Positions 1-25,282 of a DNA stretch of 64,000 nt are shown here, one piece after another. Source of the stretch: Anolis carolinensis. Lineage: Eukaryota. The stretch is from assembly GCF_035594765.1 (NCBI RefSeq), contig NC_085846.1:11023190-11087189 (forward strand). Direction: 5' to 3'. Positions within the stretch are counted from its first letter, which is position 1. Every line of letters begins with the position of its first letter. Below the pieces are notes generated by a model. That model was not told where the DNA came from and ran no database searches. It saw nothing but the letters and a program-made list of their open reading frames with translations. The position numbers and the translations under genes are program-made.

Positions 1-412
1 GAGACCACCCGTTCTCAAATTAATAAAGTTTTAAGGAGCAAATCAGCTGATTATCAAAACTGTCAAAAATGAGTTTCCCGCGCCGCGGCATAGGTTTCCC
101 TGCAAAATCGGATCATCGGAGGTTCGGACTGCGTGTTGGGCGCGGAGGGAGTCACCCAGGGCTTCCTGCTTGCCATCCATGAACTGCCCTTGCAATTGGA
201 GTGACCCCCCTCGACCTTTGGCCCAGAATGGCCATTTCACCTGGATTGCCACAGACTCCTTCCCCTTTTCTGAACTCCTATTACTTTATGAACCCCCTGC
301 ATTAAATCTTGGGCTCTGGGATTGGTGATACAATATGGGTTATGTTCCCACATGTGTCCTATGTACCCTGCATGTTCCCTCCTTCCTTTATTACCATGAG
401 ATATATATTATA

Positions 413-2169
413 CTAGCTGTGCCCGGCCACGCGTTGCTGTGGCTTAGTCTGGTGGTGTTGGTCAGTCCACATTAGGTTCTATTTATGCTGTGACCTCCAC
501 CTTCTTTATATTCACATTAGTAGTAGTATTTGAAGTCTGTTACCTTCTTCAATTTTTGTGTTGATTGATAATTGCTTGAGATCCCTGTTGTCTTTGGTTT
601 GTTGTTAGTTGTAATGTCTGATTCTGCTGAGTGCGGTTTATATTTTTATTGTGGTACAATAGTCTTTTTTTTGTTTTGCCTGTGTAGGTGTTTATTATTA
701 TTGTTGTTGTAGTGGTCATGAAGGTTGGATAAGTTAGATGCTACTGTATTGTTTTTTGGAGGCCCAGTGTAGCAGTGACTGGCTGTTTCTTGCCTGTGAT
801 GGTGTTGATTCTTGTTGTTGTTGTTGTCATTGTTATTATTGTAATTGTTTTTTTGGAGGCCAAGTGTGAATGTAGGGATTGGGGAGGTGGAAGAGTTGTG
901 CTGTGAAATTTTGTATTTGTTATAGTCACAATGCGTTGTTGTGAGTTTTGTGGGTCCGGATTGTGGTTTTGTGGTGTGGTTGTGTTGTTACAACTGGGAG
1001 GGAAGGCTTTTGCGTTGTGTTGTCAAATTTTGTATTTCTGGGGCGTTTAGTTGTGTTATAGTCATGATGCGTTGTTGTGAGTTTTGTGGGTCCAGTGTGG
1101 TTTTGTGGTGTGGTTGTGTTGTTACAACTGGGAGGAAAGGCTTTTGCATTGTGTTGTCAAATTTTGTATTTCTGGGGCGTTTAGTTGTGTTATAGTCATG
1201 ATGCGTTGTTGTGAGTTTTGTGGGTCCGGATTGTGGTTTTGTGGTGTAGTTGTGTTGTTACAACCGGAAGAAAAGGCTTTTGTGTTGTGTTGTCAAGTTT
1301 TATATTTCTGGGGCGTTTAGTTGTGTGCCAAGTTTTGTATTTCTGGGGCGTTTAGTTGTGTTGTTATAGTCACAATGCATTGTTGTGAGTTTTGTGCGTC
1401 CGGATTGTGGTTTTGTGGTGTGGTTGTGTTGTTACAACTGGGAGGCAAGGCTTTTGCGTTGTGTTGTCAAGTTTTATATTTCTGGGGCGTTTAGTTGTGT
1501 GCCAAGTTTCGTATTTCTGGGGCGTTTAGTTGTGTTGTTATAGTCACGATGCATTATTGTGAGTTTTGTGGGTCCGGATTTTGGTTTTGTGGTGTGGTTG
1601 TGTTGTTACAACCGGGAGGCAAGGCTTTTGCGTTGTGTTGTCAAGTTTTATATTTCTGGGGCGTTTAGTTGTGTGCCAAGTTTTGTATTTCTGGGGCGTT
1701 TAGTTGTGTTGTTATAGTCACGATGCATTGTTGTGAGTTTTATGGGTCCGGATTGTGGTTTTGTGGTGTGGTTATGTTGTTACAACCTGGGGGGAAGGCT
1801 TTTGCGTTGTGTTGCCAAGTTTCGTATTTCTGGGGCGTTTAGTTGTGTTGTTATAGTCACGATGCGTTGTTGTGAGTTTTGTGGGTCCTGTGTGGTTTTG
1901 TGGTGTGGTTGTGTTGTTACAACTGGGAGGCAAGGCTTTTGCATTGTGTTGCCAAGTTTTGTATTTCTGGGGCGTTTAGTGGTTTTGTTATCGCATGATG
2001 CGTTGTTGTGAGTTTTGTGGGTCTGGATTGTGGTTTTGTGGTATGGTTGTGTTGTTGTAATCTGGAGGCAAGCCTTTTGCATTGTGTTGCCAAATTTCGT
2101 ATTTCTGGGATGTTTAGTTTTGTTGTTATAATCACTGCGCAAACAACTTTATCATTTTATATATATAGA
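413..2169 (-). mobile_element. Non-autonomous Helitron carrying an internal minisatellite
   Basis: On the minus strand it begins TC (2169) after a host A. It ends with a GCCAC-agcaacgc-GTGGC hairpin followed by CTAG (416-413) before a host T, with no TSD. The termini are shared with the copy at 8837-9336. Confidence 0.8.
900..2140. repeat. G/T-rich tandem repeat, ~8-9 units of ~134-174 bp
   Basis: The unit anchor 'tatagtcac(a/g)atgcgttgttgtgagttttgtgggtcc' (with variants) recurs near 921, 1057, 1191, 1365, 1538, 1712, 1851 and 1988. Long units contain an internal ~35-40 bp sub-duplication. Confidence 0.95.
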
Positions 2170-2319
2170 TTATGAAATATTGAGGGTGACCGAGATCTGA
2201 CCTGGAAAACCAGTATGGACAGACAATTGCAACACAAACTGGAGAAGATTGCCCCTCACCACAGGGGACAACCAGATACCATCTTGAATGGACAATAGAC
2301 TTGGCCCCCTCTATTCTTA

Positions 2320-2506
2320 ACTTCGGAGCAGACTATGTTTTAGCTGACTAATGTATTTTATGAGTTGTATTTTATGAATAGTTGTTAATGGTTTTAAATG
2401 TGTTGCTGTTTTATTGATCTGTTTGGCATTGAATTTTGCCGGTTGTTGTAAGCCGCCCTGAGTCCCCTCGGGTGAGAAGGGCGGGGTAGAAATGTAAATA
2501 AATAAG
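2320..2506 (+). mobile_element. L2-type LINE 3' end remnant
   Basis: 3' tail 'gtaagccgccctgagtcccctcgggtgagaagggcgggg...(taaa)n'. Similar tails occur at ~7790-7862, ~32040-32110 and, reversed, ~17805-17870. Confidence 0.55.
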
Positions 2507-4097
2507 CATGATATTGGCCGCTTGGGTGACATTTCATTCACACCTGGAGCAGAAAAGCCCGGATTATTCCGGGTGACAGCTCTCCTTTTGTTAATGAACC
2601 GGACTCATTCATAAAACAAATGCTTCCACAAGCTGACTCGCCAGGTCTTGTTAGACACATATGTATATTTGCACCCTCGGAAGTTGCCTTGAGGGCTCAG
2701 CAGGGTCCTCGGCGTTTCCTTTTGACATATCAGGTCATTTGTCTATCTATAATCTGCTCAGCAATTCATTGTTATCGGCTCAGCCCACCTCCTTGCCTCT
2801 GAGATGCTGGACTGTAGGAAGCCATCTGATTGGGTGGGATTTTACGCCACTCAGTCAAGAGCCAATCAGAGTGGAACTGGGCGGGGGGAGGCGGGGAGGG
2901 AAATTTGAATCTCTCCGACAATCTTTTTGCTTTTAAAAATTGCTGCACTGTATTATTGGACATGTCATCTCAGCGAATGATTGCGTTTTGACATCCGTGT
3001 CAGCTGACTCGAATAAATATCAACTCGGTCATCTCTCTTCAAGACTTGTGGGTGAGATTATTGGGGGGGGGGGGGAATTGATCTGGAGCGCCTCCCACTT
3101 GCCAGGATCTTCGAACCTGCAACCGGAAGGTATTGGGTCTCCCTAATTCAGAAGAGAACCCCTAAATTTTGGCTCGATAACACTATGCCATAGATATTTC
3201 AATTATCATTGGAAAAGAAAATATACTACATACTTCTAATTTTTTTTCTGGAAACACAATGGACTAATGTCAGTTGTAGTTTTACAAAGTCTTTAGTTAT
3301 CTCTGCCAAAGGCATCTCTGCCAAATGTTGGAATTCAACCCCACACTGCTCAAGTTTGAGGTCCTCGATGAATGACAGTTGGAATGAATCTATTTGTTCT
3401 CTTCCCTCTCTTTCTGTTCCCATTTTGATTGGTTATGTAGAATAGATATTTGCATGGCTTTGTTTCAGACTTCTGCTTTTTACATCTTTATAAAAAGCAG
3501 ATGCTTGTGCGTGTAAAAGATGCTTGTGTCTGTCAGGAGAGATGGAGTGCTTGGAGATTTTTCCCTCTCTTTTGAGAAGAGATGGAGTTAAAGTAGCTCA
3601 GACCCAGTTCTAAGAAATGTAGTTATTTTTGTAAATAAACCTTTTTTAGCTTTAAAGATTGAATTCTGCATCTTTGCCTCCTAAGCTCCAAATTCTTTTC
3701 TGGCCACAACACTTCACATTCTGCTTGCTGTGAGCTGAGTGCTCAACTATAACTATACTTTTAGTATTTTTGGATGCTCTGCTGTATGTTTGGGAAGACG
3801 GCTTATGTTTCCTCTGAAAACAGCTTTCAGAATTTCCTAGCATTGAAGCATGGCAGTTAAAGTGTTGTCAACCAGTTCAACTAATCCATGGCTAAACACT
3901 GGGACCCCTTAAACGTTTGTAACCTTTCTAAGCAGATGCATACACACGGCAATAACAATGTCAAATGCAGACTCCGTTTACGAAAAAATATGTTTTATTC
4001 TACATCATCACTCAAACAATGGCACAATGTGTTATGTACTAGAATTGATGTGAATAGACCCTTCCTGTCCTGATCCTCAAGATGGGAAATGGCAAGA

Positions 4098-16796
<12,699 letters not shown>

Positions 16797-16887
16797 GGTG
16801 AATAGGCTGAAGTGAGCATTCAACTAGATGTCAATCTTGACACACACATGTCTCTTCCTTTCAACCGAAACAAGTCAGCTTGGCCTC

Positions 16888-16896
16888 TTATATTTA
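16888..16896 (-). promoter_or_regulatory. TATA box of the CYP2 gene
   Basis: TAAATATAA on the minus strand, ~95 nt upstream of the ATG. Confidence 0.55.
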
Positions 16897-17100
16897 GGAG
16901 AAAAACAAGATTTTTTTTTCCTGCCTCAGGTCTGAACACCCCGAAGGCTCCAGATCCTGTCTGATCCTGAAAGTTAATAGAAAATCCAATGGAATCCATG
17001 AGGTCAGCAGAAGTAAACAAGACACCTGAAGGTTTAGTCACATACACACACTCCTAATACAAATACATTCTCACCTAAGTATGGTCAGGCATGGTTAGTA

Positions 17101-17348
17101 AACAATCAGAAGTAAATATTTTTGCAACTTTTCTACCACAACAACGAACATATACAAAGAACATAAGACTGTTATATACACAGGGATTGATTGTAGCCAA
17201 GAGAGAGTGTATATAACATCTTATGTTCTCTGTATATGTTCATTGTTGTTGTATATAAGTTGCAAAAAATATTTACTTATGTGATTGTTTACATCTTTGT
17301 AGTGGATTTGTGTCTTTGTGATTTTGGGAATCCATTTTCTCTTTAGTT
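17101..17348. mobile_element. Insertion with a long inverted repeat and a 16-bp TSD, inside a 5S rRNA-derived SINE fragment
   Basis: Direct repeat tcaggcatggttagta at 17085-17100 and 17349-17364. Hairpin arms ~17098-17182 and ~17209-17292. Confidence 0.65.
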
Positions 17349-18109
17349 TCAGGCATGGTTAGTACCTGGATGAGGGAATTATCTAAACTAGGTGCAGTAT
17401 GTATAATCAGAGGAAGTCAATGGCAAAACCACCTCTAAGTTGTCCTTGCCTATGAAAATCCTGTAAAATTCATGGGAGCACTGTGAGTCAACAAACAAAC
17501 AAATACACACGCACACACAAACAAGATCGGAACTCGGCCCCTTACTACCAAATTTGGGAGAACAGTACTTTTAGAGAATGGGGGAAGTAGGCTCTGTTCC
17601 AGAGGAATGAACTGGCCAAACAATAAAAAATAGCACAAACGAAAGCTCTTACAAAGTTCATATTAAAACCTCCAATGCGGAACAGAAGCCATCAGACACT
17701 ATAGCTTACCAGTGTTTTTCATTTTCTTTTATGGATTCACTCCTGTTGACCTATTATTACCTTGAGAAGTTGAGGACTAAAATGATTAAGTTATCTATTT
17801 ATTATATTTATTAGCGACATTTATATCCCACCCTTCTCATCCTGAAGGGGACTCAGGGCGGCTTACAAGTTATAGGTAAATACACTATATTATATTATTA
17901 GCATAGCACAATATAAGCATTATATATTACTATATTGTACTATACCACTGTATTGCAATATTATTAGTAATATTACATGTAATATAAATATACAATTATA
18001 ATAGTGTATTATTATTATATTGTATTACATTATAATATTATTATCAATATTATTTGTATATACAATATGTTATGTTATCAGTATAGCATAATATGAGTAT
18101 TATCTATTA

Positions 18110-18577
18110 CAGTAGAGTCTCACTTATCCAACATTTGCTTATCCAGTGTTCTGGATTATCCAACGCAGCCTGCCTCCCGCCCGGATTCACAGCTGTTTCT
18201 CTAAGCAGCAAGGACAGAACTTTTTATGCATTTAATTTCCGACAATGTTGTTACTGTAAGTTCATTTTATGCAATTCTATCTTTATTTGTAGTCAGTTTG
18301 TTAGTAGCCACTGTTTTTGTAGTCAATGTTTTCAATACATTGCGATGTTTTGGTGCTAAATTTGTAAATACAATAATTACTACATAACGTTACCATGTAC
18401 TGAACTGCTTTTTCTGTCGATTTGTTGTAAAACATGATGTTTTGGTGCTTAATTTGTAAAATCATAATATAATTTGACGTTTAATAGGCTTTTCCTTAAC
18501 TCCTCCTTATTATCCAACATTTTCACTTATCCAATGTTCTGCCGGCCCGTTTATGTTGGATAAGTGAGATTCTACTG
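18110..18577. mobile_element. Tc1/mariner-type MITE
   Basis: TIRs cagtagagtctcacttatccaac / gttggataagtgagattctactg with TA on both flanks. Confidence 0.85.
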
Positions 18578-19268
18578 TATTATATTGTTATATTGACATA
18601 TGAGAAATGGTGGACATCATTGCTAAAATGATGTGACAAGTAAGTGTGATTTCTGAAACTGAATACCAAAAAGGCTACTTTTCAGAAGGTGACATATCAG
18701 AAATATTTCCATTAAGTCTTGGAAAGATTTGGATGTCACCTTTATTACAGCGTGTAAAAATCAGTTGGGGTGTGTGTGAACAAGAAAAGTGCAAAGCACC
18801 AAGCTGATTGGCTGGGCAACTCCAGTGAGCCTGCTGAGCCTGGGAGTTTTGGATGCAGTTACAGGTTTCTGCTGGGGCTCAGTTTTGGAAAAGAGCTTAA
18901 CAAGAGAGGCTTTGCTCCTAGTCAGCTGGAGGAAGACGTTTTGTATGGACCTCTAAAACACTATTTGAATTCTGTCTTTAAAAGGACATTGTGTGACTCA
19001 GTGCAGCTGCTCATATGAATGTATATATTTTGCTCTGCATTTTGAAGAGTAAAGTTCCTGTTATTTACTGTTCATCTGCGTGGCACATCTTTTCTCTGGG
19101 GCTTTGTATGGGGCTTTGCTTCTGATTGTTGCTTTGCTTGCTTTTCTTGCACCAATATCAGTGGCTGCACGGACCTCCTTCATCCCATGCGGCTGCCTGC
19201 TTTTAAATGTGCCTTGCCAAAAATTGCTAAGATTTACATTAAGTCTACATTGTCTTACTGAACAATTA

Positions 19269-19591
19269 CAGTAGAGTCTCACTAATCCAAGCCTTGCTTA
19301 TCCAAGCCTCTGGATAATCCAAGCCATTTTTGTAGTCAATGTTTTCAATATATCGTGATATTTTGGTGCTAAATTCGTAAATACAGTAATTACAACATAA
19401 CATTACTGCGTATTGAACTACTTTTTCTGTCAAATTTGTTGTATAACATGAAGTTTTGGTGCTTAATTTGTAAAATCATAACCTAATTTGATGTTTAATA
19501 GGCTTTTTCTTAATCCCTCCTTATTATCCAAGATATCAGCTTATCCAAGCTTCTGCTGGCCCGTTTAACTTGGATAAGTGAGACTCTACTG
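19269..19591. mobile_element. Tc1/mariner-type MITE (same family)
   Basis: TIRs cagtagagtctcac / gtgagactctactg with a TA TSD. Confidence 0.85.
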
Positions 19592-19965
19592 TATGTAACT
19601 TTAGGTTAGAAATCTGTATACGCAATACAGAACACCAGCCCTTCTTGGCAAAAATATGCTGGTTTAGCTGAGCTCAGCCAGCCATGGATGGAACAGGAAG
19701 AACTTGCTAGAACAGATGCCTCTCATCAGAGAATGGCCATCCACTGGCTCAGTCACATTCTCAAACAGCATTCTTTTTTCACTTCTAACCAGGGACTCCT
19801 GACCTGCTTTGAAGGTGTACAAGGCCCAACCGTGGCAGGTGGGGTGATTTGAATTTTACCTGCTTGCTTTACAAAACAGTGTTTGCATAGAATAAATTTC
19901 ATTCAAATAAATAACAACAGTAATGGTAGCGTAGCAACAATCTCATGGAATTATAAGATTGAAGC

Positions 19966-22900
19966 AGATGGGATGAGTCACATGTGGCCATAGGTTCAAA
20001 TGGGGCTTTAGACAATTGGGATAACAATAGCTCCAAACTCCATGCTGGGCAAGGTGGCGAGGCTGGGGGGTACAAGTTCGTGAAGTCTTTAAGGAATAGC
20101 CGAATTAGTGGATCTTGGAAGCAGGAGGGCGATCCTTTTTTCCTCCTATGCCAGGATATTGCTGCCAGGTAAGTCTTTAGGGATGAGAGCGACAGGCTTG
20201 CGGATGACAAATGGACTAAGAAGTCTAAGATTACTGGAGTGGGAGCTGAATATGGGTCCAAGTCCAGCGGTACAAGAAACTTGGCGAAGCGGGACCATTT
20301 GTACTGGTAAGATTTTCTAGTTGACTTTTTCTGGGCCACATCGATTATGGCTTTGACTGCCCCTGACAGCTGGACGGGGGGCAAAGCCTCCACACTGTTA
20401 GACGCAGTGAAATTAGGTCTGGATGGTAAACTTGGCCGCCCTGAATTGACAGGAGGTCCGGCCTGCGGCTCAGGCAGATATAATCCCCTTCTACTGCCTG
20501 GAGTAGCGCTGTGAACCAATGCTGCCGTGGCCACCTGGGGGTGACCAGTATTCAATTCGCTTTGTCCGATAAAGCTTTCGCTACTGTCCTTGGGATCATC
20601 GGTATTGGAGGGAATGCATAAAGGAGGCCACGATTCCATGTGAACATAAAGGCGTCCCCTATGCATCCCGGAGCTGTTCCCGGGCGAAGTCTGGCACAGA
20701 ACGTGGTGCATTGTGCATTTGTTGGCGAGGCGAACAGATCCACTGTCGGTTGACCCCAGCGGTGGACCAGATGCCGGAACTCCTCCTGATGGAGTCGCCA
20801 CTCGTGGTTCGATGTGGTGGTTCTGCTGAGGGCAGCGGCTAGACAGTTTTCTTCTCCTGGGAGATAAATTGCTGTGAGAAGAGTGTGCCTGTGGATACAC
20901 CACTCCCAGATTTTGGACACAAGTTGGAGGAGATTCCGCGAGTGTATCCCCCCCTGCTTGTTGATATAGCACTTCACTGTTGTATTGTCCGTTAGCAGCT
21001 GGACAACCTTGCCGCCTAGGGGGGCCTCGAAGGCTTGCAGGGCTTTCCGAACTGCCAGGAGCTCGAAGAAGTTGATGTGGTGTCTCCTTTCGTCTAATGA
21101 CCACTTTCCACATACCGTCAGGCCTTGCAGGTGAGTTCCCCAGTCTTGTAGCGATGCATCTGTTGTCAGCCATCGGGAAGGGCAGGGCTGTGTGAAAGGC
21201 ATGTCCGCACACACGTTCTGTCTCTTTGTCCACCACTGGAGCGAGTGGAGCACTTTGGATGGGAGACATAACCAGGTGTCTTGACTGTCGGTGGCAGGAT
21301 TGAAATTTTGGAGGAGCCAGAATTGTAGGGGCCGCATTCACAATCTTGCTAATTGGGTTACGGCGGTGGTGGACGCCATGTGTCCGAGAAGGGATTGAAT
21401 TTCCCATGCCGAAGCGAAACCACGTGCCCAGAAGTTTATGATGGCAGACCGGATAACATAGGAGCGGTCCTCTGGGAGGGATGCACGCTGAGTAGTGGAA
21501 TCTATGTCTGCTCCAATGAAGTGGATGCGACATGTTGGAGTTAGTGCTGATTTCTCTGCATTCACCATGAGCCCCAGGTCCTGAAGAAGAGACAGAGTGA
21601 GGGATACATCAGCCTCCAACTGTGACCTTGATATTGATGTCAACAGCCAATCGTCCAGGTAAGGAAATACCGTTACTCCCTTACAGCGAAGATAAGCCGC
21701 TACTACCGCCATGCATTTGGTAAATATACAGGGAGCTGTTGAGAGGCCAAATGGGAGAACATTGAAGGAAAAAAGCTCATGCCCTATGGTGAAACTAAGA
21801 AATCTAGGATGGTCTTTACGAACAGATAAGTGAAAATAAGCGTCCCTGAGATCAATTGTCACAAACCACGCCCTGGGTCTCAATAGAGGGAGGATGCTGG
21901 ATAAATTAACCATCCTGAACTTTTGAGGCTTTATGTAGAGATTAACATCCCTCAAGTCCAAAATGGGTTGGAGGCCTCCACCTCGCTTTGGAATTAAAAA
22001 ATATCTTGTTGCAACATCTTGTTGCAACATCTTGTTGCCTTGGAAGGGTGGAGTCCAGAAATAGCTCCCTTGGCTAAGAGGGCCATTATTTCTTCTTGTA
22101 GCAATGTAGAAGGTCTAGTAACTCGAATATGACCCACTGGGGGGAGCGCCTGAAACTCAATGGCGTAACCATTCTTGATAATGCTAAGCACCCAACGGTC
22201 TGTGGTTATCCTCTTCCACATTTGGTAAAAAGGAGGCAAATGGTTTTGAAAAACCCGTGGGGGCAATGGTTGGATAGTAGGCTTGAACGGTAGCCCAGAT
22301 TTAGTACAAAAACTAGACTCAACGGAGTCTTCCAACAAAACTTGAACTTCAGAAACTACAGAACTTGAAGAACTTAGGGGGCTGCTTCTGGCGATTGGAC
22401 TAGAAGCGGCATCTTTGTCTATCCCCATGTTTACCTCCTCCCCGCTGTTGGTTTCTATAAGGGGCTGGAGGTCTTCTCGTTGCAGTAGGCTGAGGATTGG
22501 AACGTTGCCGTCCTCGAAATGCAGGCGAGCTGGGTCTACGTCGGTTGTATTGGTAGCATGTTGGCCAGTATGGTCTATGGTACTGGGAAAGATAGGGAGA
22601 AAAACCGTATTTGTGAGCAGTCTGCCGCATCTTTTGAGTATATTCAAGCTGGGAATCCATTTTCGGATTAAATAGGCCCGCTTCGTCCGTGGGCAAGTCT
22701 TCTATCACAGTACAGGCCGACTGGGAGAGGCCTGAGGCTCTCAGCCAAGCATGACGACGTAGAGCCACTGCTCCTGTCAAAAGCTTTCCAGCGGAGTCTG
22801 CCATGTGCTTTGCCAGTTCCTTTTGAAGCACGGCCAAGGTGGAGGCTTCTTGGTGAAAGGCCCGTGCTAGGGCCTGTTCACTCGGAGGGAGGAGTGAACT

Positions 22901-25047
22901 CATGAAATGCACTCATTTTTTCCACAGATAAGTTTGATAGCCAGCCATATACGCTGCATAGTGTGCCATCCTCGTAGAAAGACAGGCTGATGAATAGCTC
23001 TTCCCCATCCCTTCCAGTTTCTTGCCCTCCTTGTCTGAGGGAGTTACCTGGGATTTTTGGTTGGGTTTAGTTTGGCTCATATTTACAACGATCGAGTTTG
23101 GTTTTGGCTGCCCTGCCAGCCATGGGGCTGAGGAAAGATCAATTTTATAAATGTTTTCCGCCCTCCTTGGTGTAGCTGGGACTGCAGCTGGGGCTACCCT
23201 CGATGCTTTACTCAGCTGGAGTAAAAATGGGAGCGAAGGAAAGATTGTCGTTGGTGGATCATGTTGCTGGGAGGGGGGGAACATGGGATTGTCTACTTTG
23301 GCTGGTTGAGGGACCGACAGTTTCAAGGCCCGCGCTAGCCTAATCAAGGCAGAGAAGGTTTTTGCCTCTTCTGGCAATGCGGCTTCGGTGTCTGTGGAAG
23401 GCTCTACAGGGGAAGGGGAGTCTTCCTCCCCTGACGGTACTGAGGGATGGTCCCCTTCCTCAGCAGGGTCAGCCTCAGGTCCGCACGCAGCCTCCACTGC
23501 TACTGGAGTCTGTACCAAATGTCTCGGTATCGAGGCGACGGGATGGACTCCCAAACATCCTGGCACTGTTCCTGGCTTCAGGGAGGCTGAGGAGGCGGGG
23601 CCCTGTTTCGGAGCCGCACTCGGGCGAGGGTATGCCCTTCGCAGGGAGGCGCCGTCTTGGTCCTGCATCAGGGGCGTGGGGGCGTGGCTTCTGCCTGGCA
23701 CCGCCCCTCCGCAACAATCAAAATGGCGGTAGTAGCCAAATCCCAGAGGAGGAGCATATTTGTAATGGCCATAGTCATAGAAATAAAATGGCGGATGCCT
23801 GCCTGGAGACCCTGGATTGGAACAAATAGAGGTGGCCACCGGGCTCCGAGACCGAGAACTCCACGAGGAAATCGAAGGTGAGCGGCGTCGGTGATGGGAG
23901 GTACCATGGGAGCCCCTATCATGCGGGCGGCTTCTAGCTGTGTCCTCTGGGGTCTAGCCACATCTACCAAGCTTGTGGCTGGAGGCTGAGGGGAAACAGA
24001 TGCCCTCTTTCCACTCCAATGGGAGGGACAGTCTCAGGAGCAAGGGATGGCAACGCCAGCTTCAGAGCCGCTTGAGATTCAAGCCCCATAGCCAATGGGG
24101 ATATCTGTGTTAATGCGGGTGAGCTTCCCAAAGTGTCCTCATGGGAGGAGTGATCCTGGGCAACTACCCGACTGGGTGAGCCTCTGTTTAATCGGGGACT
24201 TGAGGGCTTGGTGCCGACAAGTTGCCCCTTTTTCTTAGATTTTTTCTGGCCCTCCTTCAGTTTGGATCCCGCTTGGCCATGTTTAGATGATTTAGCCCTC
24301 TTTGGGGCTGTTGGAATCTGCTATCGCATCGCCTTCGTAGGCTTGCGAAGGCAGAATCAGTTTGGGGGAGGAATGTTCCTCTTGTCCCTCAGGGGAAGAA
24401 GCCCCTGGCGCTTCCGACGCTAGGCGTTTTTGTGTCCAGGCCGCCTCAGGGGCCATTGCTCGCTCGTAGAGTAGCACCTTAAGGCGGGATTCCCTGTTCC
24501 TCCAGGCTTGGGGAGTAAAAGCCAGGCAGATTTTACATGACTGGAGTAGGTGACTTTTCCCCAGGCATAGCAGGCACATAGAATGGCCGTTTGAATCGGG
24601 GAGCTTGCCCCCGCAGGCCCCACATTTTTTAAAGAAAGAGGTAGTACTCATGACTGGAGGAACTGGCCTGCGATCCAGGGAGCAGGAACAAAACGTAGTC
24701 AGGCGATCCGGGTCAGGTAGGTAACTGGTGATCAATAGAATAGTCAAACAGTCCGAATCAAAGCCAATAGTGATAGCAGGGAGTCCAAGAATAGTCAACT
24801 GTCTGAGTCAAAAACCATTAAAAATGGCGGAAAATCGCTAGAAGGAACCAACAAGCTGCTGCTGAGCTGCGGAAAAAGGAACTGGGGACGTAGTCCCCAC
24901 CTCCGGGCATTTATACTACTGGGGAACATGGGCGGGGCCTCCGCCAAAAATGTTTCAAATTTAAGATCTAGAAGGTTCCGAAAAGCTGCGCAGGCGCAGG
25001 AATTAACCCATATGTGCCATTTCACAGACTACATGATGAAGAAGAGA
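19966..25047 (-). mobile_element. Decayed, 3'-truncated DIRS1-type tyrosine-recombinase retrotransposon
   Basis: gag-like ORF with an N-terminal Cys/His finger (FKKCGAC...CLLCLG..H...C..C, ~24650-24520) and further pieces at 23839-22400. RT (IDLRDAYFH, LPFGL, YLDD) at 22030-21338. RNase H (TTDAS...WG, ELLAV, TDN) plus a Dam-like methyltransferase (DLFAS, YAFPP) at 21337-20552. The overlapping YR N-terminal half (STRKSYQYKW) is cut off near 19970. Contains in-frame stops and frameshifts. Confidence 0.9.
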
Positions 25048-25282
25048 CAGGAAGTCTTTTACAAGAATAGTCACTGGGACATTTATTCTTCAATACAGGC
25101 TGCCTTGGTTTAAAGTTTCTATGGCTGGAATTTTCCAGGAAATATTTGGAGAGCCAAACAGCTTCTGGATTTCACCAAGTTTTTATTTTCTTGTTGTTTT
25201 AAATATAAGATTTGAGAAAAAATTATGCATAAATTAGAATTTCAAAAGGGCCAGAAGCAAGAAGATTGACACGTATTACAGT

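Noticed and set aside
900-2140. Repeat array as a CRISPR-like locus, or its Cys/Val-rich ORFs as genes
   Set aside because: Eukaryotic context, no unique spacers, and the ORFs are by-products of a G/T-rich tandem repeat.
3400-3800. Possible solo LTR downstream of CYP2
   Set aside because: Has TATA-like and AATAAA motifs, but no convincing TG...CA ends or TSD could be defined.
21338-22915. In-frame TGA codons in DIRS ORFs as programmed readthrough
   Set aside because: The element has several other lesions, and the 21340 stop fits CGA>TGA CpG decay in an ARLRMR-type motif.
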